From the NCBI GenBank assembly GCA_963665115.1, contig OY762007.1, positions 6,080,001 to 6,144,000 of the forward strand: DNA of 64,000 nucleotides, read 5' to 3'. This stretch comes from an uncultured Rivularia sp. (GTDB lineage: Bacteria > Cyanobacteriota > Cyanobacteriia > Cyanobacteriales > Nostocaceae). Of the stretch, positions 46,120 to 56,600 are shown in pieces. The notes beneath the pieces were generated by a model, which worked only from the letters and a program-made list of their open reading frames with translations, had not been told where the DNA came from and made no database searches. The first letter of the stretch is position 1, and every line of letters begins with the position of its first letter. The translations under genes and the position numbers were made by a program.

Positions 46120-46332
46120 TCAGGCGGCGGTTTCCCCCAGCAATACCTCTTCAAGTTTTTCAACTCGTTGTCTTAATTCTAAAATATCGCCACTTTCAGC
46201 ACTTACTCCAAGATACTGATCGATTAAATCTATAAGAACATCAGTGGCATTTTTACCTTCTGCCTTCACTTTATGGTAGAAAGCATCTTTTTTATCAGGT
46301 GAAATTCTAATATTTAGCCTTGACTCAGCCAT
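46120..46332 (-). CDS. Ribbon-helix-helix regulator with coiled-coil tail
   Basis: SRLNIRISPDKKDAFYHKVKAEGKNATDVLIDLIDQYL...LRQRVEKLEEVLLGETAA. Confidence 0.8.
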   Translation of the reverse strand: MAESRLNIRISPDKKDAFYHKVKAEGKNATDVLIDLIDQYLGVSAESGDILELRQRVEKLEEVLLGETAA

Positions 46333-46565
46333 AATAATTCCCTTTGCTAATTATTCTAGAGTTATTTCAAATTAGCAATTAAGCCACGGGATAACAAGTG
46401 TACATACGAATTACAGCTATTTGTTATCCCTCCGTGTTGACAAATGGGATAACAAACATTATTTTAGATAATAAGACAAATACAGCCATGCGTTCGCCTG
46501 TCCTGAGAAAACTAGTACGAACACATGGAGGTAAGCCAAACTCCTATAAAGTCAGGCATCTAATT

Positions 46566-47252
46566 ATGACGTATCTATGTACCAAGCAGCAAGCGCTTCA
46601 TAGTGATAAAAACCAACTAACTATTTCCACAGGCTCAAATGCAATCCCCCAAAGTGATATCACAACAGTAGAAATAAGTTTCTACGACCATGAAATTTAC
46701 GCTGGTGAAAAACTAATTGCTTGTATTGCTCATGACCATGATGATTTTGCGACTCAACGCTGGGTGGTGATGATAAATAGTGTTGAAGTCCACCGAGCAA
46801 ATACTTGGGCAAAATGCTACGACTACATCATATGGCATTACAAGCAAGGAACATTGCCTACACAACAGCAAGAAGAAATAGCTGCAACTTGTAATGAAGA
46901 AACAGCAGAAGTTACCCCAATATCCAAGTTTGAGTTTGACTTATGCAATGATGTTGCCAAACAGAACTTGGTGAAGCTCGACGAAATTGCTTGTAAATCC
47001 TGTAACCATTGGGTAGTGAGAGTCTACGCTCAAAACCAGTTAACACTAAGCTTTGATGGAATATGTCTAAAAGTTGAGTCTTTATGGTTAATAGAAATTT
47101 CTCCACTAGAAAGTAATCAAAGCACAAGTATAAGTGAGAGTTGTGAGGAATTATTAGATCAACCCTTCGATGAATTGATTAGCGAAGAATGGGAAAGATT
47201 AAAAAAGTACAAACCGATTGCTAAAAAGATTCAGACAGCAGCCTTGTACTAA
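46566..47252 (+). CDS. Hypothetical protein (start moved downstream of the promoter)
   Basis: Long ORF; the track start at 46398 lies inside the operator/promoter region, so ATG 46566 (or 46488) is more plausible. Confidence 0.6.
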   Translation: MTYLCTKQQALHSDKNQLTISTGSNAIPQSDITTVEISFYDHEIYAGEKLIACIAHDHDDFATQRWVVMINSVEVHRANTWAKCYDYIIWHYKQGTLPTQQQEEIAATCNEETAEVTPISKFEFDLCNDVAKQNLVKLDEIACKSCNHWVVRVYAQNQLTLSFDGICLKVESLWLIEISPLESNQSTSISESCEELLDQPFDELISEEWERLKKYKPIAKKIQTAALY

Positions 47253-47348
47253 AACCTATAGAACTAACAGTCATGCTTTTCTGCGGATTCTATAGAACGA
47301 ATTTCCATTCCATGAAATTAACAATCAACATATCGAAGGTTAATCAAA

Positions 47349-48393
47349 ATGTTCAAGAAAGCCACAAAATCCAACTTGAAAATAAGGCTTGCCTTAAGCG
47401 GAGCATCCGGTTCTGGCAAAACATACTCAGCACTTTCAATCGCTTCTAACCTTGGTAATCGCATTGCTCTGATTGACACCGAAAGAGGTAGTGCTTCTAA
47501 ATACGCTGATTTATTCAATTTTGACACCTGTGAACTTACGAACCATCACCCAGCGAAATACATAGAAGCAATTCGCCAAGCAGAGGATATGGGGTATGAC
47601 ATCATAATTATCGATTCGTTAACTCATGCATGGTTCAGTGAACTAGAGTTAGCAGGTGGTAGATTTGATGGATGGGCAAAAGTCCGCCCTTTGGAGCGTA
47701 AATTAATCGATGCGATGATTGGATCAAAATGCCATATAATTGCGACGATGCGAAGCAAAACTGAATGGCTGATTGAAGAAAATCAAAAGAAGGGTAAATC
47801 CTCTTATAGTCCCAAGAAAATAGGCACATCACCAATACAGGCAAGCGGAGTAGAATACGAGTTTGATGTCGCCGGAGAGCTTGATTATACGCACATTTTA
47901 ACCATTAGTAAGAGCCGTTGCCCTGCTGTTACGGATAAAACTTTTCTCAATCCTGGTAAGGAATTGGCGTTTGAATTAAAGTCCTGGTTAGCAACAGAAG
48001 AATCACAACCACAAACTATAGAATCTCCTCAAAAATTAGAATCAGCTTGGGTTGCAGATACTCAAGATTTGCGAGTCAAGCAAATTCGTACCTTGCTTGA
48101 TTATCCCATTGAATTAATTAAAGAATGGCTGCAATCCAATATTGTTCAGCGTCCCCAGTCAACTTGATAGTCACAAAGTTGATGAATTAGTAAAAACGAT
48201 GTGTCTTGCTTGGGCTTCCCCTCTGTCTGCTCATCCTAAGTACACTGCTGATTCCTACGATAAGAACGTAGTCAGAGCAGTGATTGAAGGTTATTCGGAA
48301 TTGGAGGCAATTCAAAATTGGATGAAGCAGGTTCAGCAATTTAAGAAGCAAGAGCAGAAGCAAGAAGCTGGAATTTTTTCATCCTTTAGTTGA
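47349..48393 (+). CDS. Phage-type P-loop ATPase (AAA_24 / Sak4-like); joined across a +1 frameshift at about 48153
   Basis: Walker A GASGSGKT, LIDTERGS, Walker B IIIIDSL, HIIATMRSK, EYEFD; removing one C gives RPSQLDSHKVDELVK. Confidence 0.8.
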
Positions 48394-48505
48394 AAACCTG
48401 AAAAATAAGTAAATATTGCTAGACTCTTCCTTCAAAACTTACTTTATGCGAATGCAACATTGATTGTTGCATTCGTAACATTGATTTGTATTTTTTCTAA
48501 TCGCG

Positions 48506-49108
48506 TTGCAAATGTATCCAAATCAAATTATTCAGTTATTGCAATCAACACCTTTGGAAGCAAGACAGTTTCTCCGCTACAGTTTTGGCATAGATAAGTT
48601 ATCTCCCGAAGAGATTTTAGAAGAAGAATTAAATTTTAGCTATGGCACTAAATGCATTAATTTACTTTCAAAACTTTTAGGATTTAGAAAACAAACTATA
48701 CGAAGTTGGGGCGATAATCCTAACTTTTGGAATATGCCAAAACATTCACAAATTGCTTGTAGTTACGCGCAAATAGCTTTATCTCAACAAGAATTAAAGA
48801 GAGTGAGTAATGAAAAATATATTGCCCCAAGAACAACAGCACTGGAATTTATCGAAGAAACTCTTTTAAATGCTTCGTCACCATCACAAAGAATAAAGAT
48901 ATTAACCTCTACTAACTTTCGAGGAAGTTGTCTTAAATTGTTATCGGAAACTTTAGCTATATCAGAGCGGACAGTTTATGAATGGGGACGGGATATTGAG
49001 TTCAGTAATATGTCTAAATATCATCAACATACCCTTGCTTATGCGCTTGCTGCATATTGCAAAAGACAAAAATTCAATTTGAATAATAATTTTGTTTTGT
49101 ATTCTTAG
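48506..49108 (+). CDS. Hypothetical protein with two internal HTH-like repeats
   Basis: CINLLSKLLGFRKQTIRSWG..F.NM.K.....SYA versus CLKLLSETLAISERTVYEWG..F.NM.K.....AYA. Confidence 0.7.
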   Translation: MQMYPNQIIQLLQSTPLEARQFLRYSFGIDKLSPEEILEEELNFSYGTKCINLLSKLLGFRKQTIRSWGDNPNFWNMPKHSQIACSYAQIALSQQELKRVSNEKYIAPRTTALEFIEETLLNASSPSQRIKILTSTNFRGSCLKLLSETLAISERTVYEWGRDIEFSNMSKYHQHTLAYALAAYCKRQKFNLNNNFVLYS

Positions 49109-49619
49109 TTTATTTTATTGTCTTTGCGAGTGTTTTAGTAACTGAGGGAAGATTTGACGAAAACGGCAGAATATAAGATACGGATAATCACTATTTTCTA
49201 CATTCATAAATAGTTTTATAAACTCATACCTGTTACCTTCAAATCAGGGTAGCGGCTTTTTAATGAAGGTGCAATCGTAAGTAGTTAGTCGGCAGTCGTA
49301 ACCCCGTAAATTAATTTAGGGTTTTGGTAATGCTGTTTTTATCTACATAAAAATAACTGACAAAAAAGTTTACACAATTGTTTGGGAAAATTACTATTTA
49401 ACGAAAACCAGAAAGTTTGATTATATTTTGAAATTTAACTTGTAACGCTTCTGATTCTATGTCTATATAGACTGTGTAAAGAACAGCGACTTAAGCTCAA
49501 CTTTAATTTATCTCAAGTTGAATTGAAACGACAAGGCTTGTTAAGAAAAATCTACTTTACAAGCACTATCGTCAAACAATAACTGAATAAATATTTGTTT
49601 CAAGTAGTAATTAAACTGG

Positions 49620-50024
49620 ATGATGGTATGTGATGACAATGTTATATATACCCAGAAAAGCCTTGCCCAAAGATATGGAATAACTATCTCAGCTTTGCAA
49701 CAGTGGTATCCCTATGCCGGGATAGTAAAACCCAAGAAGCGAGGAGGATACTTTGATTTAGATGCTGTTCAAACTGCCGACTTTTTTTACGTAGCCACTA
49801 AGATAAGACGATTAACCAGAGACGAATATCTAGAAAGAGTAATTCCTTCTGGTGGTTTAGATGAATTTATGCGTCAAAATAACGGACTAAGCCTGTACGA
49901 TTTTTTGACGAAACATATTTCTGAAGATGAAAAACAAGACCCAATTGTTAAATCTGTTATTAGGAGGATTGAGAGATATGAAACACATCAACAAAGTAGC
50001 TCAAACTTTGCAAACTACACCTGA
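49620..50024 (+). CDS. MerR/excisionase-like HTH protein, first gene of the putative transfer operon
   Basis: YTQKSLAQRYGITISALQQWYPYAGIVKPKKRGGYF. Confidence 0.6.
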   Translation: MMVCDDNVIYTQKSLAQRYGITISALQQWYPYAGIVKPKKRGGYFDLDAVQTADFFYVATKIRRLTRDEYLERVIPSGGLDEFMRQNNGLSLYDFLTKHISEDEKQDPIVKSVIRRIERYETHQQSSSNFANYT

Positions 50025-50568
50025 AATAGTAATTAAGGTATGTAAAAAACTAAGCTTAGTTGTAAATAAAGATAGTACTATCAAGCCGGAAGTAGAGCGA
50101 CAATTAGTTCAATTAAAAGAAGTAGCTGCTGCTGAAAATATGTCATTAGAAGAAGCCGCTAACCATTTATTGGAAATGCGCCAAGAACGCTCCAGTTCTA
50201 ATAACGAACACACATTTGATGAAAACCAATATATCCAACAAAGATTTGGCGTAAATCCCGAAGAATCTGAATCTAATAGCTTCGTTAAAGTGTTGCATTC
50301 GGATGTTAAAAGAGGAAAGCAACTGGCAACATTACGACATAAAGTAGTTCTCGAAACTTCTACTTTGATGTTAGAAGATATGTTATTTAACGGTGTCCAA
50401 TAACCAACAACAGAATTAGAAGAAGTACAAGGTCGAGTTTACAAGCGTATCGACGATGATTTTTTCGGCAAAGTCAATTGGGGAGAGGAGCCGCATCCGT
50501 CGTTGGAAATGCAGCCTCAACAATTGAAATCAGTGTCGAAGACAAAATCCTTGCCCGAGAAGTCATAA
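49978..50568 (+). pseudogene. Hypothetical protein with an in-frame premature stop (TAA 50401-50403)
   Basis: MKHINKVAQTL...; the same frame stays open after the TAA (PTTELEEVQGRVYKRIDDDFFG...EKS*) up to the next gene. Confidence 0.55.
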
Positions 50569-50828
50569 CCTTGATGATGCCGTCAATAGAATCTTACCTT
50601 GGCGAGCAATCCCGACAACTTAGGATTGTAGCGATGCAGGGTATGGGAATTGTATTTTTGGGTAGCTTTTCGGGGATGGTAACGGGATTGGTCTTATCTC
50701 CTCCACAGCAGACGAACATACCAAAGGTAATTTACGGTTCTTTATTTGGTGGCTTAGTTGGAATTTCTGTTGCACTTACTTTGATTTTGAAGATAACCAG
50801 GGAGTTTAGTATTCATGAGAGCGATTAA
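50478..50828 (+). CDS. Small two-TM membrane protein
   Basis: Two Gly-rich hydrophobic helices; overlaps the next start. Confidence 0.65.
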   Translation: MGRGAASVVGNAASTIEISVEDKILAREVITLMMPSIESYLGEQSRQLRIVAMQGMGIVFLGSFSGMVTGLVLSPPQQTNIPKVIYGSLFGGLVGISVALTLILKITREFSIHESD

Positions 50829-51042
50829 AGATTTTTTCATTAATATCGGTGGTGGAATATTGACCGGATGCGGTATTAGCGGATTTATCGGTCACGCAAT
50901 GGGAGTCGGTGCAGCCCTTGCAATTAATCCTTTGCTATTGCTCATGGGCGCGGTTTTTGGCGGCGCATGGGTGTGTATACTGCGTTCGACTTTTGTAAGT
51001 TATTCAAGGGAACCTTTGTACGTGATAGTTGATAACAGTTAA
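50815..51042 (+). CDS. Small Gly-rich two-TM membrane protein
   Basis: GGGILTGCGISGFIGHAMGVGAAL...LLLMGAVFGGAW. Confidence 0.65.
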   Translation: MRAIKDFFINIGGGILTGCGISGFIGHAMGVGAALAINPLLLLMGAVFGGAWVCILRSTFVSYSREPLYVIVDNS

Positions 51043-51047
51043 TAGCC

Positions 51048-51884
51048 ATGCAGTTACTTCCTAAAAGGGATAAATTTAATTCGAGTAATACGAGTGCGAA
51101 TGATATACCCAAACTCAAAAAGCGCAGTCGAAAAATCGACATAGTGTTGTGGGTTTGTTGTGCAACGGTTGGATTGGGTTCGGTGTTGGCAGCCGCTGCA
51201 ATTATCATAGGTAGACGAGGTGAAGTACCATCCACTGTTTCTGCTATTACTCGCGCTAAAGAAATAACAGATTCCCGACGGCGTATTTATATCGAGAAGT
51301 TGACTCGCACCGACTTCAATCCCGACGAGTTACAAAACTTCAGTGTTGATGGAAGTGTTACTCTAACGGGTTGGCGGCAACTAGCTGCGGCACAATGGTC
51401 GGGAGAAATAGTGCAAAATATTAACAACCAGCAGAGTAATGAAAATTCACCCTTCTTTAGGCTGCATCATATAGCAGCATTAGCGATCACAAAACTTGAT
51501 ACGATGGATGCTTTGATTGAAGTAGCAGCCGGAAACAATAGTTTTACCTACAGCTATATCAAGACAGATGGTACTAAAGTTGAGCAAAAGTTAAGTACGG
51601 GTGGTGCTGCGGTATTGCTTTTAGGTAAGTTAGAGGCTATTGACTATGCCGAGAATTTACAGAATCGTCCGATAGTGGATTTGAATCAAATGGTAACGCA
51701 AATCCAGACGGTACAAGAGCCATACGCTCTATCCCAAGCGAACTATTTGCGGGTTCAGGGCTATAAAGACCCCGTGCGGCAGTTATCAGAAGTACCAATA
51801 ATACGTCAGAGTATAGCTGAATCATTGCGTAAGAGAAAGCTGAAACTAGAGCAGTTGAAAAAATCCAAACAAGGAGTTGATTAA
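51048..51884 (+). CDS. Single-TM membrane-anchored protein
   Basis: Basic N-terminus, hydrophobic IVLWVCCATVGLGSVLAAAAIII, then a soluble domain. Confidence 0.75.
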   Translation: MQLLPKRDKFNSSNTSANDIPKLKKRSRKIDIVLWVCCATVGLGSVLAAAAIIIGRRGEVPSTVSAITRAKEITDSRRRIYIEKLTRTDFNPDELQNFSVDGSVTLTGWRQLAAAQWSGEIVQNINNQQSNENSPFFRLHHIAALAITKLDTMDALIEVAAGNNSFTYSYIKTDGTKVEQKLSTGGAAVLLLGKLEAIDYAENLQNRPIVDLNQMVTQIQTVQEPYALSQANYLRVQGYKDPVRQLSEVPIIRQSIAESLRKRKLKLEQLKKSKQGVD

Positions 51885-54526
51885 TGTGTATGTCAAATTT
51901 ATTGGCGCGGGTGTATGCTTTTTGCTCTCATTATTTAACGTATTGGGAGCGGTGCGGCAGATTCCGGTGAAGACTACTAATGGTAATTCTTCGCGTCCTA
52001 CTGTCACTCAGATGAAACCTCCGGGAACTAGCTTGCATTGGTTGTCGGGTGGAGTCTTTTTTGCAGCAAGTATCAGTTTAATTGCCTGGGCTATTTGGGA
52101 ATATAACTCCAATATCGACCTCGGTGTTGATTCCACTGAGGCTCCTGCACCTGTTGTGCCACCGATGCCCGACACCGATACCCAAATGCCCCAATTTTTA
52201 GATGAAGGTGCAATCCAATCACAGCAATTTGAGGGTGTTAAACCCGAATTTCAAAACTTAGTTCCGTTTCGTCGCCCTACTGCCGATGGTAGCGTGCCGA
52301 TAACCCCCGAACAATTCAAAAATGCGTGCGACTTGTTAGAACTAGGAGCCAAGCGGTCGGCAGATTACCGACGCAAGCCGGGGTATGAGTTCTGGAGTAT
52401 GCGGGGTAAAATCCTCAAAATACTTTAACTGTTTCAAAGATGTGGGTGAAAGTCCCACCCGTCCGGGATGACGTGACTCCCTATCTGACCACACCGAGCG
52501 GCAACGACCGTAACCGTAGAGTGAAGCTGGTGACAGGGCACAATCAGAAGTAAAGCAGGTAACTACACTGGTGCTAATGGGGATGAAATATGGGTAAACA
52601 GGTTCTAGAAAAGTGTCTTATGAATAAGCCATAACCTGGTCAACAAATATGGACTTCAACATCGTTTATTCCCGCAATCTTATTGCATTTGAGAATTGCA
52701 ATCCTGGGAAGATGTTAGGCAAAATGAACCGCCCTAAGTTTCATAAAAGCTTTCAAATGAAGGTATCTTTGTTACGGAACAAGAAAAAACACTATACAGG
52801 TCTAGGGAAAGGTCGAACCCCTGGTAAGCTAGGTTGAACTTAATTCCTGATAGTGGGTAGGATGTTAGCGGAAACTGCTAACGGGTATTCAGAAAATATT
52901 CAAAGGAAGAGAGCATGGTTAGACATACCCCCCTGGGAAATGAACTTTGGAAAGGGTTACCTTGGAAGAAATTTCGTAAAAACCTATTCCGCCTACAACG
53001 GAGAATATTTAAAGCTGTTAGAGAAGGTGACATGGCGAAAGTCCGAAATCTTCAGAAGCTAATCTTGAAATCCACGTCAGCAAAGCTGTTAGCAATTAGA
53101 CAAATAACGCAATTAAATAAAGGCAAGAGAACTGCCGGAGTGGATGGGAGAAAAACACTGAATTTCATCCAAAGGTTCCAAACACTTTTTCAATTAGGAA
53201 ACATAAATAAATGGATACCACAGGAATTAAGGAGGATTCCTATACGGAAAAAGAATGGAAAAGTTAGAATTTTAAGTGTTCCAACTATAACCGATAGAAT
53301 CTGGCAATGCTTAATAAAATTCGCCTTGGAACCCGCCCACGAAGCAACCTTTCATGCCAATAGTTATGGGTTCAGAACAGGTAGAAGCGCCCACGATGCC
53401 CAGAAGATGGTCTTCCAAAGATTAAATTCGAGAGTCAAGGGATATGATAAGAGAATAATTGAACTCGATATCAAAAAATGCTTCGACCGCACAAGTCATG
53501 AAACAATCATGACTCAACTAATTGCCACATCCGGAATAAAACAGGGAATATTCAGATCACTTAAAGCCGGAACATTCCCGGAATTCCCTGAGCAAGGATG
53601 CCCGCAAGGAGGAGTTTTTAGCCCATTACTTGCTAACATTGCTTTAAACGGTACACAATAGCATACGATATGCGGATGACATGGTGTTGTTTCTTAAGCC
53701 AAATGAGGACGCAGGAAAAATACTTCAAAAAGTTAAGACATTCTTGGCCCAAAGAGGTATGCAAATTAGTGAAGAAAAGACAAAGATAAGGCCATCGACA
53801 ACAGGATTCAACTTTCTAGGTTGGAACTTTAAAGTCCAGAAAAACGGTAAGTTTAGAAGCACTCCATCGAAGGAGAACTTTGAAGCTATGCGTGAGAAAG
53901 TAAAATTCATAGTCAACAACTCTAATTATGGGGCTGAAGTAAAAGCACAAAAGCTGGCACCTATTATACGAGGATGGAGAAACTACCACCGCTTCTGCAA
54001 CATGAATAACGTGAGAGATTCCTTATGGTTCATAGCCAAAAGAACTTTTCGAGTATTCAACAAGCAGAAAAAGCTTAACCGATATCAAGCCGAATCGCTA
54101 GTAAAGAAAGCTTTCCCATCGGTTAAATGGGCAGAAAGTAAATTTGTCAATGTAAAAGGTGAGAAATCGCCTTACGACGGAGACATAGTTTATTGGAGTC
54201 AACGGGAATCCAAACTGTATGACGGAATTTCAGCCAAGCTTCTCAAGAAGCAAAACCATACATGTGCTAGATGTGGGATGAAGTTTCTCCCAGGAGAAGA
54301 TGTTCACCTACATCACATAGATGGAAACCACGATAACTGGAAACCAAAGAACTTAGAAATGGTTCACCAGTCGTGTCACCAGTATACGCACATGAGCAAA
54401 GCGAAAGCTCAGAATATCTAGGAGCCGGATGCGGCTAAAGTCGCACGTCCGGATCTGAAGGAGAGGTGCGGAGCGTAATAGCTCTCATCGACTCTAACTT
54501 TAGAAGACGATGTTTGGTCTGATTAA
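51877..54526 (+). CDS. Two-TM, Pro-rich membrane protein split by group II intron 1; exons 51877-52325 and 54499-54526
   Basis: Splicing gives ...PEQFKNA|LEDDVWSD* (158 aa), followed by RBS AGAGG and the next ATG at 54538. Confidence 0.85.
52326..54498 (+). mobile_element. Group II intron 1 (IIB, chloroplast-like class)
   Basis: 5' GTGCGACTTGTT; domain V GAGCCGGATGCGGCTAAAGTCGCACGTCCGGATC; domain VI ending CTCTAAC; EBS1 GCATTT (52685-90) pairs with IBS1 AAATGC; EBS2 TGAAT (52621-25) pairs with ATTCA. Confidence 0.95.
52915..54421 (+). pseudogene. Intron-encoded RT/maturase/HNH protein, frameshifted just before YADD
   Basis: Relative to intron 2 (NGIEDIHSSVRYADD), about 11 nt are missing near 53651; PQGG, RYADD and HNH motifs remain in two frames. 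Confidence 0.9.
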
Positions 54527-54537
54527 AGAGGTAAATT

Positions 54538-55035
54538 ATGGCAAATAATAGACGTAGAGATTTTGGTGTTGACTATTCTCAACCCGGTCAATTAGCGACA
54601 CAACAACAATTAGCGCAAATGTTACATAACGCTCAACAACAGCAATATCCGACTCAACAACCAACTACTATTAACGTCGAGCCGACTTCAATACACCGCG
54701 AACAAGGTATTAGCGTACATCACGTAAATTCTCAGAATAAACCGGCGGTTAATCGAGTGCCAGAGATTTATGTCCCCGTAACAGATTATTGGAAAGCTCA
54801 TAGATTCCATCCTCACAACAATTTACGTTACTTTTGGTATATCTTCTATTGGCTCAAAGATGCGATTTCATCCCCCGTAGGTATTGCCATTGTGATGTTG
54901 TGGTTGGGCATTGGTGGAATTAATTTCTTGCTAAATGGTAATTATTCTGGTCCTGGTTACGTACAGAATAAAGAAATTAAACTAACACCGGAAAATGTAC
55001 CTAATTTAACTCCGGTTGTCGATTTGGTGGATTGA
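54538..55035 (+). CDS. Gln-rich membrane protein
   Basis: RBS, Q-rich N-terminus, TM IAIVMLWLGIGGINFLL. Confidence 0.7.
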   Translation: MANNRRRDFGVDYSQPGQLATQQQLAQMLHNAQQQQYPTQQPTTINVEPTSIHREQGISVHHVNSQNKPAVNRVPEIYVPVTDYWKAHRFHPHNNLRYFWYIFYWLKDAISSPVGIAIVMLWLGIGGINFLLNGNYSGPGYVQNKEIKLTPENVPNLTPVVDLVD

Positions 55036-55286
55036 TGTTTGTCCGCATAACCTTTTGGTTGGTGCTATGTTTGTTCGTAGCAGATATAGCCCAACCTGGA
55101 TACTTAAAGTTTTGGCAACCTAAGATTACCTTGACCAATATCGATATCAGGTTGCCAAGACTAAATAATAAAGAAACTAGTCCAACAGTATCCCCTCCGC
55201 AACCTTCTTCTTGCCCCCTGCCTGATAATGACTTAGAAGTAGTTATTCGAGCTAGATTTGGCTGCCACAATGCGACTTCTAATTGA
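55032..55286 (+). CDS. Small exported protein
   Basis: Hydrophobic N-terminus, Pro-rich linker, Cys pair; start overlaps the upstream stop. Confidence 0.6.
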   Translation: MMFVRITFWLVLCLFVADIAQPGYLKFWQPKITLTNIDIRLPRLNNKETSPTVSPPQPSSCPLPDNDLEVVIRARFGCHNATSN

Positions 55287-55884
55287 TTTTAGTACTACCG
55301 AAACGAATAAAAGAGATGCATCAATAGTAAAACCAATTTCTCCTAATTGGAAATATGGTTTTTCTACGTTGGTTCTATGTACGGCGATCGCACTTCCTCA
55401 ATTTTCTGGATGGGTTGAGTCCCAACTCCCAATTCGATTACTCCAACGACTCGCAAAAACTACGAACAACGTGACCAAATCACAAAGTACAGCTTTTCCC
55501 ACAATAAAAGGTTCACCTATGACCAGTGGTTTTGGTTGGAGAATTCATCCCCTTACTGGAAAACGTCAATTTCATTCTGGTCTTGATTTTGGTGCTTCCA
55601 AAGGTTCTCCAATTTATGCTTTTGAAGCAGGTAAGGTCGAGTTTGCTGGCTCCAAAGGTGGTTATGGTAAAGCTGTTATTATCAATCACGGTGCCCGAAA
55701 GTCAACCCTTTACGGTCATGCGAAGGCGCTTTCTGTAAGAAAAGGAGAAAGAGTTGCAACAGGACAAATGATTGGGGAGGTCGGAAGTACGGGATTTTCC
55801 ACCGGACCGCATTTACATTTTGAGGTGAGGCTAAATAATAAGCCAGTAAACCCGCGTCCCTATCTACAGCAACGCGGGAGATAA
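55258..55884 (+). CDS. M23-family peptidoglycan endopeptidase, membrane anchored
   Basis: TSGFGWRIHP, HSGLD (HxxxD), GGYG, LYGH, STGPHLHFE (HxH). Confidence 0.95.
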   Translation: MAATMRLLIDFSTTETNKRDASIVKPISPNWKYGFSTLVLCTAIALPQFSGWVESQLPIRLLQRLAKTTNNVTKSQSTAFPTIKGSPMTSGFGWRIHPLTGKRQFHSGLDFGASKGSPIYAFEAGKVEFAGSKGGYGKAVIINHGARKSTLYGHAKALSVRKGERVATGQMIGEVGSTGFSTGPHLHFEVRLNNKPVNPRPYLQQRGR

Positions 55885-55887
55885 AAA

Positions 55888-56598
55888 ATGATTCGCCCCT
55901 ATCACCTCACAATCTTGTCTTTACTAATTCTATCTTCCCCTTTATTTGGATTATCAATCAATCAAGGTTTCAGCTACATAGATAGGAATAATGCTGAAAA
56001 ACTGTTTGCTAATATTGAAAGTCCCGGTAATCTTGCTATCTGCCGCGCTGAAGGAAATTGTGACAAAAATGGTCAATTTACCTCATTATATTATGGTCAC
56101 ATTGACCCATCAAAAATAGGAGGTAAGCGAGTATTAAATCAAGGATTTTGTAGCGACTACGGTAAAAGTAAAGCGGGTGATATTGATGGTGCAAATCGCG
56201 GCTGTTTGCGTCGAATAAAATCTCGTTTACCGCGATTAACTAAATTATTTCAACAGCATAATATTGATGTAAATGAACATACTGCTGCCTATATTAATGC
56301 CGTAGATTTATGGAATCAAGCTGCACCTAAAGTTAGCGATAATTTTCCTCAAATTTATGCAAATAATATATCTTTTGGATTATCTATTGATGATGCTATT
56401 CGTCGCTCCCGAATTGATGCATTCAATTTAAGCGCGTCCGGCTTGTTTAATATTTGTAGCAGAGAACCATATTACATCTCAAGACTTGCTGCTTATCGTC
56501 AAAATTCAACACAATGGAAGCGTGGATGCATTGACATTGACCAAAACCGCAGACGATTGGCAATCAATGAAATATTAACTCATCGGGGAGTAATTTAG
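55888..56598 (+). CDS. Secreted Cys-rich protein, possibly lysozyme-like
   Basis: Signal peptide; AICRAEG...YYGHIDP...NQGFCS resembles muramidase-like catalytic Glu regions; next to the M23 gene. Confidence 0.5.
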   Translation: MIRPYHLTILSLLILSSPLFGLSINQGFSYIDRNNAEKLFANIESPGNLAICRAEGNCDKNGQFTSLYYGHIDPSKIGGKRVLNQGFCSDYGKSKAGDIDGANRGCLRRIKSRLPRLTKLFQQHNIDVNEHTAAYINAVDLWNQAAPKVSDNFPQIYANNISFGLSIDDAIRRSRIDAFNLSASGLFNICSREPYYISRLAAYRQNSTQWKRGCIDIDQNRRRLAINEILTHRGVI

Positions 56599-56600
56599 TA

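Larger units (their letters stand above)
45975..46465. promoter_or_regulatory. Four GGGATAACAA operator boxes and a sigma70-type promoter around the 46120 RHH gene
   Basis: Boxes at 45975-84(-), 46388-97(+), 46421-30(-), 46446-55(+); TTGACA (46437)-N17-TATTTT (46460). Confidence 0.7.
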
